Shown here: positions 1 to 15,019 of the stretch, one piece after another | How positions within the stretch are numbered: position 1 is the stretch's first letter | Layout: every line of letters starts with the position of its first letter | Source of the DNA: Camelus dromedarius | Lineage: Eukaryota | Assembly: GCF_036321535.1 (NCBI RefSeq) | Contig: NC_087436.1 | Span: 44,704,001 to 44,768,000 of the forward strand | Length of the DNA stretch: 64,000 nucleotides | Reading direction: 5' to 3' | Translations under genes and position numbers: made by a program | Notes under the pieces: model-generated | Told to the model about the DNA's origin: nothing | The model's database searches: none | The model's input: only the letters and a program-made list of their open reading frames with translations

Positions 1-289
1 CCTATTATATTTGAGATCAATTCAGGGCCATGTTTCTCTATTTGCATAAATATCTTATATGCACCAAATAGGGATAAAAGAAGACATGGAAGTGGAAACA
101 ATTCACAAATCTTAAATAAATAGGGGAGAGCAGAACCAATTATTTGGGGTCTTTTTGGTGGTTTTAGTGAGGAAGACATGGAGAATAATTATTCCCAAGG
201 TAATTAATCTGATTTGCCAAATTCTAGCTATAAAACCATGAAATGCAATTATAGCCAACTGAAGAGTTAAAATTTTGTACAATGACTAT

Positions 290-520
290 ATAGGATTAGA
301 GTAAGAGCTGGTGTGGCTAGATTCAGATCCTGGGTCTATGACTGATTATAGCTGTGTGACCTTCAAGAGGGTACCTGGCATCTCTGTGTCTCTTTTATTC
401 TCATCTGTGAAATGAAGATAAAAATTGTGCCTTTTTCATAGGGCTGTTTTGAAGATAAAAGAAAATAACAGATGTAAAGTGCTTAAAATAGTATGTGGGA
501 AGTACTCAAAAAAGCTAAGA
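290..520 (+). mobile_element. MIR SINE
   Basis: GCTGTGTGACCTT...CTCATCTGTGAAATG...ATGTAAAGTGCTT. Confidence 0.8.
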
Positions 521-1499
521 ATGCATTTATCATTCAGATATTTGAGATGATAACCATAAAGTTGTCTTGGCCGAGCAATAATTGTGTTGTGCTCAGCCAA
601 TGAAACCCACATTGCTTTAATTAACAAGTGTTAATAAGTTTACATAAGATTCAAGCATAATTATACAGAAATAAATGTGATTTACCCAAAGGTCTCTATC
701 ATCAGTCAGGCTATTCTAAATATTTAACTGACCAAGCAGAGTGCACGCCAAGCACTTCACCATGGTGTGGCAAATAGCTGATAGCCTCTTGTCCATAATA
801 AATGAAAGAGATTCAACTGTAAGTGAAGAGATCTTTGCAGAAAAACAAAAAGGAACAAAAGAATAATCAAGGTGAATGGTGTATGTACATATTTTACACA
901 CACATATATATACATATATTTATGATTGATTTTAAGTGTTATGCAAGTTCCTTGGTATCCCGCACCCAAAGTGCCTGAAATACACCAGAAATCAAATAAA
1001 CAGCTCAGTGCTCCAAATCCCCTTCAGTACCTTCCACACTCCAGGCTCTTTCGCACTTCATGGCCTTCACACATACTGTTTTTCAAACCAAAGTAATTTC
1101 TACTCATGTATTGGAGCTTACTTCCAATGCCAGTTCCTAAAGGAAGTCATCTATGATCTCTAATCTTCCAAAGGCCAAAACTCCCTCCAAAATCCCTCTG
1201 CTGAGACCACCACGATTATCAAACATCTTCTCATAATGATACTTTTGACACCATGGACGCTTTCCTTGTAAGAGTGTCCCCCACCTGGTGGTGGTGGTGG
1301 TCTTTGGACTATGTTGGAGCAAGCATGACAATGGAATTTCACATGGCCACGAGTTAGAGAGTTCTGAAGAGGCCAACATGCTGAGACCATAAGGCACAAG
1401 TTCAAACTTTGCATCTGATCTTAAACTTTAGCGTATGATACAATATATAATCTCTCCTCCCACCTGTTTTTGTTTGTTAAACCTAACCTTCCATACTAT

Positions 1500-1650
1500 A
1501 AAGTTTCCCCAGATGTTTCATGCAGCAACTTGTGCTCGTATCTCTTTGGCCAGGACTGTGTATAATGACTGCCTCTTAGTGCCAGGAAGACTAGGCAAAT
1601 GGCTACCTTAGACAAAATCAAAGTTCTTACAGTAAGAAGGAAGGGAACAT
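1500..1650 (-). mobile_element. MaLR (MLT1-like) LTR fragment
   Basis: TCTCTTTGGCCAGGACTGTG...AAAATCAAAGTTCTTACAGTAAGAAGGAAGGG resembles the antisense MLT1 5' end. Confidence 0.5.
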
Positions 1651-1654
1651 CTCA

Positions 1655-2105
1655 CATCCTAACTGTACTGTTTCCTCTCTTGTTCACCCCAATTCATTCT
1701 CCACCCAGCAGTCATGCAGTGTGCTTTCCAAAAGAATCTTATCATATCAGTTCTCTGATAAAGCTCTTCAATACAATCCAGTTGAAATTAGTATATAAAA
1801 AAGTTCAAAATCCTTACCGTAGCTGTCAGACGTTGCATACTCCGTCCCCTGCTTCACTCCCAAGACTCGTTTCTCATCCTATTTCCCTTACCCTCCATGC
1901 TGCAGTCACACAAGCTTGGCATACTTTTTCTCACCCATTCATTTTTGCACATGCTGTTCCCTCTGCCTGGCATGGTCTTGCCCTCACTGTTCACTTGAAT
2001 AACTTCTCATTTTTGAGATACCTATCTAAATATCATTTACTCAGAGGTCTGCAACTTCCCAAATTAAACCAACTCCCCATTTCAATCTTTTCTGATCCCC
2101 TTTAG
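1655..2105 (+). mobile_element. LINE-2 fragment
   Basis: TTTGCACATGCTGTTCCCTCTGCCTGG; pyrimidine-rich L2 3' region. Confidence 0.8.
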
Positions 2106-2254
2106 TTCTCATTTACTTGTCTGGCAAAAATGTGTTATCATATACTTCTTATTTTATGCCTGAAAAAAGTTTAATGCAATCTTGTTTTTAACTCCTAAGA
2201 ATCTAACAGATGAAAAGGGAGTAACACGTACAGCTAGTCTTCTCTATATTTTCA

Positions 2255-2275
2255 ACACACACACACACACACACA
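2255..2275. repeat. (AC)n microsatellite
   Basis: Directly visible. Confidence 0.95.
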
Positions 2276-5200
2276 ACATAACTTAATTAGAGTTTGCCTT
2301 TGAAAGCTATGACACTGTGAGATCTTTATTTCCTCGAAGTCAGTACAGAAGCAGGAGATCAGACACCTTTCTTTTAGTCTTTTCCAAGATGTCCCTGATT
2401 CTGTTCTCTGTGAGCCATTTTTCTCCTCCTGAAGGTCTTCTTCTTACCCACTTCTGTTCCTGTATAGTGTATAAGGTTGGTGTGAATCTCAGTTGAACTG
2501 TGTTTTTGTTGCTCTGAATCCTTTCTCAACTGTGTAGCCCTTAATCAAGATAAATTTGAAACAGTGACAAAGCGTCTCTGAAGATGTCTTCTCTGATCAA
2601 GCTATAACTCTACTCTTTGAAGGTCTAATTCAACTGACTGCTGCTGTGAGGTTAAGTGCAATTTTCACCGAAGGTTTTCTGGTACATAAATCCCTTCTGC
2701 TACATAGATGAGAAGCTGTGCATACCAAGTGAAATGATCTATGATTTTCACAACTTTTTTTTTCTAATGGATTACTGGCCAGAGGAGCAGAGATTGGGTT
2801 GAGTAGAGACAGTTGAGATCTTTTTGTTGATTCTGTAAGTTTTGGGCCATCTTACCCTATTTTGTGTCCCTAGAAAGGAAGAAAAGAAAGAAAAAAAAAA
2901 GAAATGCCAACAATAGGAACATATTTATTGATGTATTTCTCTACTCTAAAAATGGTAATAATAAAACTAATTTTATAAAATTTGTGTAAACTTATAAAAA
3001 ATTATCAGATAGTTGGGCATGTGTTTAAGAAAAACTCATGGGTTTGTATCTTGCACATAAAAATCATGCCTAAGGCATCTTGGAATTATAAATTAGACTT
3101 CTCTAATTATTAGCATCAACCTCTTTTGCACTGATGAAACTGCAATATTGTGTTTTTATTATAATACCTATAACATACTACCTTGTGTAATATGTAAATT
3201 TTGTCCTTTTTTTTTTTTTTGGTATGTCTATCTTCCCAAATGGACTACAAAGTCTTTGAGTGCAGGGATATAACAGACACTAAAATTTTTGTTGAATTAT
3301 TGAATTTTTTAAAGATATTTTAGAGCAACTTATATTTAATTAATGTAATAGTATATATATTTTAGATAGACACATTATTTAAAATCCTTCATAAATTATA
3401 AGTGACACTGACTACATACTCACTTAATACTTTATTTGAATAAAAACATAGAGCAATAGTCCTTAAATCCTGTAAGTCTATCAGGTACTAAATGTTCTTT
3501 TAGAATGCTAATTATAGTATAAAATGTCCCAGTACATTTTCAAATATAGGGGCAAATATTGGATGGGGAATTTCATTGACAAATAGGAAGCTATGCATTG
3601 ATATAGTAATTGGAATATAGCAAATTTCTTAGATTTTCTTTCTCTTAAGGAAGTGTTTGAAATTATTTCTAGTGTAATTTAAGAGTGGACACCTTAAGAC
3701 ACTTCCCCAGAGTCCTCATCATTACTCCAGAAATATTGACTTTAATGTTCATTTCTCCCATAGACTTGTACTTACTGGTTACCATGGACAGAAGTTTGTG
3801 AAGGTAAAACTTTTCTTTTTGCTCTCTAAGAACAGTTTGGGTTCATATTAGGTAAATTTCTCAATGGCATGATGTACATTTTTAAATTGAAGATATTGAT
3901 AATGAAACGAGGGGTAAAATTAATATTAAACATGGTGGCATAATTTTTAATTAAAAAAATCTAGCTAATTCATATTCCTCAAAGAATATTTTTAGCTATC
4001 ATAAATCAAAGACATTAATGGAGATCCGTTTACACAAACATGTGAAAGTATTTACACATATTCAGTTAAATATCACAAATTTTCTTATTGTTCTCAATTC
4101 GGAGAGAAAGAGTAAAATATATCCACTGGTTTCTTGATTTTTCTATTTTCTTAACCAACTCTCTTTCTCACCTATCCATAATTAAAACTAACTTGATTTT
4201 CACATGTGGTAAATATGAGGAACAGATTGCAAAGGTCCATAGTCATTAAAATGCAGGTATTGGAACATGTGTGCCCCTTGTGGTACTTGAGAGTAACAAA
4301 AATGGCATCTGGTCACAGCTTGTCCATTCCAGTCCTTCACGCCTGAACCAGGATCACTGTTATGCTCCACAGAAATCTTTGCTAGCATTGCATAGTTACC
4401 TTGACATACTAGAGAAACTTCATATTATTCATCCATCCACACTAGGTTAATATACAAAAATTGAAACAAGTAGACAGCTAAAACCAAAGGTAGACATTGT
4501 TAGAAGAGCATATTTACTGACCTGATAAACCTGCTGAGTCATTGTGGGTGTACTGATATACATTAGTATGGAGTTGTTTTTGCTAAATGGTTAAAAAAAG
4601 CATTTATAAAGAGGAAACAAAATAACTCATTTTATAAGCTCTTAAAATATTTTTTCAGATCAACGAAATAATAAAATTAATGATATCAGTATGCCGATGT
4701 GTTTAAGAAAAAAATCACTAGCCATGGAGAAGTCGATCCCTAGAGAAATGGGTGAATAATGTTTCTGAGAATGATTTGCATAATGTTGTGTCCTGCCATT
4801 AAAAACAGCAGCTACCAGACAGTAATATGTCTGTCAGAATTTGCTATTTGAGTTTTCTTACCTCTTGTCCTATGGCAATTCAATAATATAATTCTTTATT
4901 TTCTCTAACAATTTAAAAATAGGGCCTATTGTCCTATGTGCCCAATAAGTTCAGGCTACTTATAAATTATAAAGCAGTAATAATTAAAATGACACAGTGT
5001 GTGTGCTTCCCAAGATGCTTTACAGGGAAAGGGGGGGTTCCAGACTACCGGCAGGTGAGAATGGGCTCAGGGATCTACCCTCTGGGCTGGACTTATTTGT
5101 CTATGAATGTCATCAGACTGTGAGGAGCTGGCAGAAAATTGCTTTTCATGACTTCATTCCTTTACAGGAGAACTGCTTTTATCTTCAACTTAACTTTAAA

Positions 5201-5597
5201 TATTTTATAATTTACATCATTTTAAAAATAAAGTCAACCAGAACCCAAGAGGACTTTTGACCCAAATGTGGTAGCATTAATGTATAGAACTGAGAGTACT
5301 GGGGGACATTCTTGATGTTCATGTAATTAATACATTTGAGATTTAGACCAGATCTGCCAGTAATTCACTGTGCGATACTCGTCAGATCACATGCCCTCCC
5401 TGGCATCCATGCTTCTTATTTGGAGGTGAGAGGTCAAAATTCTCCATCAATTAGCTGCCTATTTCCCCATCAGCTCCCTTATATGGGTCTATGAGATTCT
5501 GGACGTCAGGGCCTCTGTGTATTCACTCTGAATAGAGAAGGCTTTCAGTAAAGGTTGAAATAAGCTCTTGATTCTAATGTATTCACCGTATTCTTTT

Positions 5598-5765
5598 TTC
5601 TTTTATTGAACTGTAGTTGATTTACAATGTTAGTTTCAGGTGTGCAGCAAAGCAATTCAGTTATGCATATACATACATACATATATATTTTTTTCAGATT
5701 CTTTTCCATTGTAAGTTATTATAAGAATTTGAATGGAGTTCCCTGTGCTATACAGTAGGTCCTTG
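5598..5765 (-). mobile_element. Short L1 3' end (older artiodactyl-type)
   Basis: TTTATTGAACTGTAGTTGATTTACAATG...CCCTGTGCTATACAGTAGG. Decayed TSD TCACCGTATTCTTTT (5583-5597) / TCACCTTATCCTTTT (5766-5780). Confidence 0.85.
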
Positions 5766-7054
5766 TCACCTTATCCTTTTGATATAAATAATTACATGGG
5801 GCCATTTAGAGAGTCTAGCATTCTTTGTGATATGTCCATTTTGAAATTATTTCATCTCAATGTTTTGTGTGCCATTTAATCTCCTAGGTAGGTCATAGAT
5901 CTATTTAGACATAAGCTCTCACTGACTGCAAAATTCTATAATAAGTTGTGTTTATAAGGATAAGGTCTACCTGGTCAGTAATAGAGTGTTAGTTTCATGA
6001 CAGGGACCTTTTCCTTGTTTTGAGAGCAATGAAAACGGAATATTTGTTCAGTTCCAGCAGATCTAACATACAGTCTATTTCTGGTTTTGGGGCCAGGGCC
6101 TATGCCCACTTCTTCTGTAAATGTCATAAGAATCTGTGTACCTGAAGTTCTGTATGTTTTGTTTTCCCTTTACAATAAACTAAAGTAAAAAATGTCCTTA
6201 TGATTAAAATGTTCACACTGATTTTATTAACCTTTAATTTCTAACCCAAGTATTACAAATCCTTTCCTGCCCCGCAGTGTCTTGTAACAGTTCTTGACTT
6301 ATCAAGCACAATTGCATAATCACATGACTGCTGCAAGACAGGATACTTACTTTCTTTAGTTTGTGTAATGGTTATTCTGAGCCATATATATGTTTATAGA
6401 CTCAGTAGAAAACAGATTTTTTTATGAAAGCAAGATATAAGACATTCTTACTCAATGTAATTTTTTTTTAATCATCATCCTAAGAGCTACCATTTGTAGC
6501 ACTTTATATCCCAGGCTCTAAGCTGGTTGTTTTACACTCATCCTCTCATTTAATTTTCATAATGACCTATGAGCTATCATAATCCCCCAAATAAAAATAT
6601 TCTAATACTTTAAAGAAATAGATCAATGTGTTCTCATATGTAGTTTACATATGACAAGTCCACTGTCTCAACTTATTTCTAGAATGAAGGAACCATTAAT
6701 AAATAAAACAGTAAAGATATGCTTAATTATCATGTGATTAGCCATTGTCTACTGTTAACTTGTGTTTAAAGCATTTTAATAACTTAATAAATGAATCATT
6801 ACATACTTCAGAGAGGCCCCTTATCATAATTCTATATCTTTTGATCAGGATGACCCAAATACCTATGATAAAATACCATTTTAAGGGTCATCATCTCCCC
6901 CAGAGAAAAATTCTTAGAGACAGGTGACTTTTTACACTTTAAACCCTTGAAATAAATACCAAGAATTGGATAGTATCTCTTTTCCTGAGCTGCTGAACCC
7001 CTCACCCTGACCTGTCTGCTATATAAAACAATTTTCTGAGTAAACATATATTGT

Positions 7055-7763
7055 GATTCCACATATGAGTAACCTCATATGGTATTTTTCTTTTTCTTTC
7101 TGTCTTACTTCACTTAGAATGACATTCTCCAGGAGCATCCATGTTGCTGCAAATGGCATTATGTTGTCATTTTTATGGCTGAATAGTATTCCATTGTATA
7201 AATACACCACATCTTCTTTATCCAGTCATCTGTTGATGGACATTTAGGCTGTTTTCATGTCTTGGCTATTGTAAATAGTGCTGCTATGAACATTGGGGTA
7301 CAGGTGTCTTTTTGAAGTAGGGTTCCTTCTGGATATATGCCCAGGAGCAAGATTCCTGGGTCATATGGTAAGTCTATTCCTAGTCTTTTGAGGAATCTCT
7401 GTACTGTTTTCCACAGAGGCTGCACCAAACTGCATTCCCACCAGCAGTGTGAGAGGGTTCCCTTAGAACATAAATACAAAACAGAAACAGACTCATAGAC
7501 ATAGAATACAAACTTGTGGTTGCCAAGGGGGCAGGGGGTGGGAAGGGACAGACTGGGATTTCAAAATGTAGAACAGATAAACAAGATTATACTGTATAGT
7601 ACAGGGAAATATATACAAGATCCTGTAGCTCACAGTGAAAAAAAAAGTGACAATGAATATATGTATGTTCATGTATAACTGAAAAATTGTGCTCTACACT
7701 GGAATTTGACACAACATTGTAAAATGACTATAACTTAGTAAAAAAAAAAAAAGTTAAAAAAAA
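7055..7763 (+). mobile_element. 5'-inverted truncated young L1
   Basis: 7055-~7464 is antisense ORF2 C-terminus (HCWWEC...ICGI); ~7465-7763 is sense 3'UTR ending in an A-rich tail. No convincing TSD. Confidence 0.9.
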
Positions 7764-10700
7764 GCCAACCCTCCCCCCCATAGATTGCATATGTGCACAC
7801 ACAAATTCTCACCTGCATCAGTGCATTTTAATGTAACAGCTCTACTACTCTGACTATTGAAAAGCTTCCACATTGTGACCTCACTCCCATACGTTTGGAT
7901 GCGAAGGTACAGGAAATGATGAATCCAGAACTTAAGAGGAAGGTACAGGTGGCAGGCCTTTAAATTCAAGTAGTAGGAATGCCAAGGCGTGGGAAAAGAT
8001 CTGCCGCTTTTTCGCCTGTGTTGGCAGTGATTCTGCTGGGCTTTACACGAGTAGCCTCTTCTACCTCGTGGTCTGTTCCGCACATTGGTAATAACTTTTG
8101 CGTCTCTAAATCTAAAGGACAGATGGATTTATTCTAACAGTGTTTTCTTTCTTTGGTGGAGAATTATACACTTTTACTTTGGCGAACAACTTCTGTATGA
8201 GGTTTCATCAAAGTAATGTTGCTAAATTCAGCATAACAACTAACAGGAGAAATGATCACCTCAAATGACTAGATTAAGGTATTTGTATCTTAAACAATAT
8301 GTTTATTCCTTAGGGAATGTCTGTCTTATCACCATTTCTATTCTGAATGAAGCAGATAAACAAGGTAGTTATAATACTTGCATATTCTAGGCAAGGTCCG
8401 TCTACCAAAACACATACACATTTTAAGAGTACAAACAAAGCATGTTTAAGGCTCATGCAATAACCAGATCTGAATGTCCAGCCCAGTCCTCTCTCCTGTG
8501 CACCAGACTTGTGGTTAAACTTGCCACCTCCTCCTGAATATCTCCAAATTCCCTTAAATTTAATATGACTTAAAAAAAATGGATCTACTCTCTACCAACA
8601 TTGCCTCCAGGTTATCTAGAAGTAGAACTTTATAATTCTCTAAAGAACCAGCCAAGAACCCACCCCCACCCCCTGCTTTTTATCCTAGACATAGGCGGCA
8701 GTGACTTTTCTAAGGATAGAGGCTAATAGAACACAGATGGTCTGGTTTCATTTGGTTTGGGTTGGTGTTGCTTCTGTGGTTGTTTCGTGGAAAGTCCTGA
8801 AGCTCTACAGTATCTTTAAACTTCCTGTGCCTGGGAGTTTAAAGTCACTGAAGAATGGTCAAGCCATTTTGAATTAGAGACAAGAAGCAGTTATCAAACA
8901 CTTATTATTATAAAGTACTATAAAATAAGTGTTTACAGCACAAAAATGATTGGGAAAGCTATTGCTTATAAAAAAAGCTCTCAGTCTAGCCGAAAAGGCA
9001 GGTCTATAGGGAAGAAATTGACATAGCTCAAAGGTGCCATGGGTAAGGATGGCTTCTGAGTCAGAAATCGTGGATAATACGTGGATTTACCCAAATGAGT
9101 ATGTTAAAAGTAGTAGGTCCTAAATTAGCTACAATTTCTTTAGCCAATGATCAAGTGGATTAATCTCAAAATAGATTTGATATTATCCATTTAATTCTAT
9201 ATTTAGTATTTTTCAGTTTTCACATTTGTGCTGAGACTAAGTCATATTTGGCTAATAACTACATGGTCAGTTATAAGATCTGGGAATTGAATTCAGAAAT
9301 CCTTCAAAATCTTGGACTTGTGAAATATTCAGCCTGTCATTCTTGAGATTTTCTGCAGCATCTTTGGTGTAAAATAATGACAGTTTTCTAAAAAAACTTC
9401 AGAAGTCCAACTGATAAAGCCTTCACAGTTCATTGACATAAATGTTCAAAAAGCAAAATAAATAATTTCAGGAACAGAAAGTTTTTTTATCACTTGCATT
9501 AAAGGAAGTTCTGTAGTAGGTAATTTTAGTAAATCATAAGAAATGTCTCTCAGATGCAACTGAACTAAAACCATTGCTGCCTAAAAGACCTTAGCATGTC
9601 AGCGTTTTCTATGACTCCGATGTAGGTGATCCATCTGAAGTTAATGGCTGGGAAAGGATATGGCAATGATCAACATAGCTACAAAAATGTTTTAAATGGC
9701 CCCTTTGTAGTCATTTCAGGGGTTTATAAACCATTTTAGGATAGAAAATCAAAATGAGAGTACAGTCCTGCTAGTTTTCCAGCATCAGTTCTGCTCATCA
9801 GCTTTGGCTTTTCCTTCTGAATAAAGACACAAGGTACAGCCTGGCCACACCACACCCTGTGACCTTCACTTACAACTGAGTACCAGTAAGAAAATATGAA
9901 AATTAATTTCTGAAGAATATGCTTCTGCTTAAAACCATTTCAACTTTATCAAGAAATCTTTGTTTGTAAATAAAGAAGCAAAAATTCAATTAAGAACGGG
10001 GGCCTAACATGTGAATACGATTTACATGATTAAGCAGCGATAACACATTGTTCTGCATTTAATTCCCACACACAGTGTTGAACCAAATGTGAAACTGATA
10101 CTTTGGTGACATTGAATATCCATAGCTTTGAAATGCGCTGCCAATTAATTACTACCAAAGCTATGTGCCTGAAAGTTTCTATTCCTCTGTACTGTGAGGT
10201 TCTTAATATGGTGCTAAGACAAAAACACTACAGTGTTACAACACTGTGAAAGAGAGTGCAGTCATTAAAAGTCTCATGCATACTATTGCACGAGCAGAAA
10301 TGAAAATGATCTCTGTACTCTGACTCGACACTGAGACTCAGAACTCACGTCCAAAATTGTGTTGTTAGCAATATGACAGGTTCCAAACTGTGAACATAAC
10401 CAAACACACATTTAAATCATTAACATCACTCCTCTACTCAAAATGGAAAGGAATGTATGATTAAACTGATAACTATGTCAAGAATTAACCAACTCCGAGA
10501 ATAGTTTTCATCGGGGATCTCCCATGCTTTACTAGACTTCACGTTGAACGTTGCTAAACTGCTCTTTTCAATCCAAAGCACCAAAGAACAAATGTATATA
10601 AGCAAAACTTACTTAAGTGGGGAACACGACTCTCTTCTCAGCATGTCACAGGGATGAAAGAGAAGGAAGAAAGAGTAGTGTTAGGCCTGTGGGCCAGATT

Positions 10701-12049
10701 GCATTTCCATATTAACAGCTAGAACACTTAGAGCCAACATTTTGGACAACTCCCCACCCCCAAAATGCGTAGGTCTTTAGGACGTGTCTCTTTTTGCTGC
10801 TGTTATTACTGAAACTATCTTCTTTTTGTTGTGTGATAATAGCAATAATGAATGATCCTTGCCCAATTCAAAAAATTCAGAAAATTGTACAGACAATGTT
10901 AAAATCACCTACGCGGTTATCACACAAAGAAGACCACTAATAAACTGTGGTGTGTATCTTTCCAGACTCTCCAGTTCCCACACCCCCCCAGCCCTCGTAT
11001 CCCACACCCCCAATGTCCTCATGCCTTCACTCTGCTAAGCTGGAGGATTTGCTAAAAGTCTTATGAGCAGCAAAGGGTAAAGCAAGGATAAGAAGTCTTT
11101 GTCCAGGATTTTGAAAGATTTCTAAATTTAAATCTCAAAACTTATAACTGACCATGTATAATAACTACATGCTAAACATGACTTTCAGTACAAATGTGAA
11201 AACTAGAAAATACTAAGCATCGAATTAAATGGATAATGTCAAACCTACTTTCAGATGAATCTATTTGATGTGTGTCTAAAGAAACTGTAACTCACTTTGT
11301 CCCATAGAAGCTAAGGAAATCTCATTTTTCTATATAGAAAATAAGTAAAATCTTAAAAACTTTAAAGAATATATTAACCAATTCTTACTCTTCAGAAATA
11401 TATTAAATCTTTCCATCAAATCAACTCATATTTTTATATTTTTTAGAAAGAAACTATAACGTTCTCATAATCTTGTATACCATTCCTAGTTTAGATGATT
11501 TTCATATATTTGGTATTATTTCAAATTAATTTGATGTTTTTTTCTATTTTGTGTTTTAACTAATAAATAAGAAAATATTTTTAAACTACTTATGTATCTA
11601 TATAGTTACTTTCTTATGAAAAGATCAATTCTTTTATTTTATTACCTTACCAAATTCTTCTTAGAACTTTTAAATGGATTCAATTGTGTTCCCTAAGTAT
11701 ACCCTATTAACTTATAATGAAAAAATCATGTCTCTTCCTCTTTCTGGTTCTAAATTTATTGCAACGATTGGAATTTGATGTTATCCTGTATTCATTAGCT
11801 GGTGTTGCTTATACCTTTGTTTGTCCTCTTGACACGATTTCTATGCAAGGTATCTGTCATTACCCCATACTTTACAGTGCTATATTGGGGAATGTTAAGT
11901 TCTGTAATAAAAATGTGAGTTTCTACCAACTTATTGTGGTATTTCTAAACATTTGTCATATATAACCTGATGTCATGCTTGGTGAATCATTCAGCATATG
12001 TATACATACATGTATATATACATGCATCTATCAGTTATATTTATTGTGA

Positions 12050-12330
12050 GCTATAATTTTTAAAATATATTTATTTCAGTATACCATATGTTCAGTAAAT
12101 TGCGTAAATTATAAGTATGCATAAGGAAATACATTCTTACATATATACTATATACTCAGCTTCCAGATCAAGATACAGAACAGGTCTAACACATAGAAAG
12201 AAGGCTCCTTGTGCCTCTCCTGAGTCACTAGCATGTGCTCGCAGAGGTAATCACTATTTGCCTTCACCATAGATTAATTTTGCCAGTTCCCAACCTTCAA
12301 ATGAATGAATGAAAGAGTATGTACTAACAA
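12050..12330 (-). mobile_element. Ancient L1 3'UTR fragment
   Basis: CCAGATCAAGATACAGAACA...AGAGGTAATCACTATT, similar to the fragment at 51845-52100. Confidence 0.7.
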
Positions 12331-15019
12331 TCATTTCCCAGTTTGTCCCTGACAAAGAGGCCAAATAAAGGGAGCCACAACCAGACCTTTGCCAAGAAAA
12401 CCATTGGACTTAATGACATTATTTTATAGACTAAAAATCCCAGAAGCAGGCTGAGGGCCAAGATGTATATAATATTCCTAGTTCAGTTCTGAAAATACAG
12501 TTTAGTAAATTCAGTCTAGGATGTTTTATGTGTCATACAGTAGCCTGGAAAAGTTAACACATCACCCAACACTTAATTATTATAACTGATACTTAAGCAG
12601 AGGAAAATGCTACCAGAAAAGACGTACAGATTTGATTACTGTTGAGCTGACTACATTTATTCACACCTCAGCAAATGAAAGAAAAATCAACAAGGACGGT
12701 CTAAATCTCAAAGAGCTACAATACAATGCAAACTTCAAGCCTGCACATTCCGTCATCAGGGCAGAGCATCCTGTTTTGTGGAGAGCACCAGTGTGAAGTC
12801 TCTCAGCTCAGATAAGGCTCTAGATGATCACTCATTTGGACCAAAGTAAGTTATAACTTTATTCCAACATCAAAGTCTCTAACTTACTTAGGACTTAACC
12901 CTTTCTATCATCTTTCACTATGAAATTGGTTTTCTCTATTACCTTGCTCAAATCATTTGTCTGTTACTGATAATTGCTCAAAGGTGCTCTTTTTCTGCCC
13001 TTTGATTTCCAGTAAGTCAACAGTAATTACCAGACAGTTTCCTGTCTGTGACATCACTGCGATAGACCTTTATCAGGCTATATAGTTTACCTTAGCTATA
13101 ATGACAGAACTTGCAATATTCTAAAATCAAATCCATTTTACAGCTCATTTTACAGCTCCAGGGTTCATTGTAACACTGATAGCTCCTGTGTGATGAGATT
13201 AATATATCTTTTACTAAACATGTAGAACATTTGTTCAGCCAAGTTTTGCTAGTGATTTTAATATTCTTCACCACTTCAATCAATCAATGACTCAAATAGA
13301 AATAATAAGAAATGCTATTCATATTTGAACTCTGTCTGCTCTGGATTGTGCAGGATACACACACAGAAGCATTCACACCATCAAAGCTTCAGTTTTAATT
13401 CATTTCACGTTAATCTGCCAAAGGATATCTTCATATTGATTTTATGACACTTAATGACTAAGAGCCTTAGTTTCTGCCCATCCCCCCTCCCCTTATTGGC
13501 CATTCAGTGGAAAAAAAAAAAAAAGGTTAGCAGAAACACTATGCCAAAAGAAAAATAATAATTTGGGACAGTTAAAAAGCATGAGAAAACCTCATTATTT
13601 ATTTAATAACTACATGATTTAACATAGCTTCCTTTATAAGAAGATATTTGAAATCCTATAAAGCATCCAGTTACAAATGTTATTCCAATTTGCATATTCA
13701 GCTTCAGTTCTATAAGTTAAATGTAAGCAATTGGTCTATTTCCTTTATGTAAGGTTTCAGAAAATATAAAATGTGATGTTAGGTCTTATGTATTCTTATA
13801 TGCACCTCAGTGTTAGGTGTAAAATACATTAATCTCATTGTGCCAGTAGAAACAGCAATAGGAAATGAATAACTTTTAATGATAATGATACATCCCAATT
13901 CAATGTATGGTTCCTAATGTACAGTTTGACTTTTACCTTAGCATTCATATCTGAACAAAAGAGCACAAGTTAAAGATGACAGATTTGTGTGGGGTCTTCT
14001 CTGGATCTTAATGAATTAATATGAAGTAATTAATGACTAAACTTGTGACCATAAATAATTTATTAAATCTGGGTCTTTAACCTTCTTCTGTTAATTGATG
14101 GTAATAACACTTGTCTAAATCAACTTATTATGAAAGTAAAATGATCAACCAACATGAAAAGGCTTTACCAAGGGAATAGCCATCAGATATAAGATATTAT
14201 TAAATTAAGTTTGTCTTCTTTCTGACTGTTAGGTTGGACCCATTCAACCCTTTACTTTCCATCCTGTCTTCCCAGAGGAAGGAGCTCTTCCATCTCTCTG
14301 CTTTCTTGGCACTACTCTGTCAGGAAGGCCTTTTCTCTGCTTACAATCCACACTCCTTCTATTCTTCAAGACTCATTTTAACTCCCACTGCATTCACATC
14401 TCTAATTTTTTCTCCAACTTTTTCAGTCCGTGTTGACCTTTTTTACTGTACATCTTCTGTCTTATGTTCTGTCAAAAATAAAAGTGTTTGTTTTTTCCTG
14501 AGTGAGATTAATGGTTTTTCCTATAATTACAATGAAAAAGATTGGTTAGGGTTCCGTGTTCACTTTACTTCCTTCTACGTTCAAACATAGACTTTGCATC
14601 AGTCTGCTCTTCTTCCCTTCATAAGGGCAAACAAAGATTCCTCCCTTCATAAAGTGCACATTTCAGTCAACAAAAAAGACAATGAAACAAATTACTAGTA
14701 AAGTGGAAAGTATGCCAGATGGAGGGTAAGTGTGGAGAAAAATGAGGCAGAGCTAATATTATAGAGGATGATATAACAGTGCTTAATAATATCCATCTAA
14801 GCAGAGACTGTCAACTTTACTAGCACACATGCCTCTCTTTTCCCACAACCAGATGCACAATTATCCCATAAAAAGTTCCCAATCTCCTTTCATGTTAAGT
14901 GCAACCTTTCAATTAAATTCTCGTCAATAAGTTTTGGTGTCAGTTTCTGAATTCCCTTTTCAGACATCACTTGACATATGCTCTTTGCTCTTTTTCTTCA
15001 TCACTTTTGATACTTGACT

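Noticed and set aside
1599..2105. 168-aa ORF
   Set aside because: It lies over MaLR/L2 remnants and has no recognisable protein features.
4659..4688. Plus-strand 30-nt micro-exon-like segment
   Set aside because: It is isolated with no compatible neighbours, and shows that such signals arise by chance, which also tempers the minus-strand chain.
7040..7790. TSD for the 7 kb inverted L1 (CATATATTGT vs CATAGATTGC)
   Set aside because: The match is imperfect and is separated from the tail by a C-rich run.
13134..13158. Tandem duplication of CATTTTACAGCT
   Set aside because: An ordinary two-copy slippage duplication.
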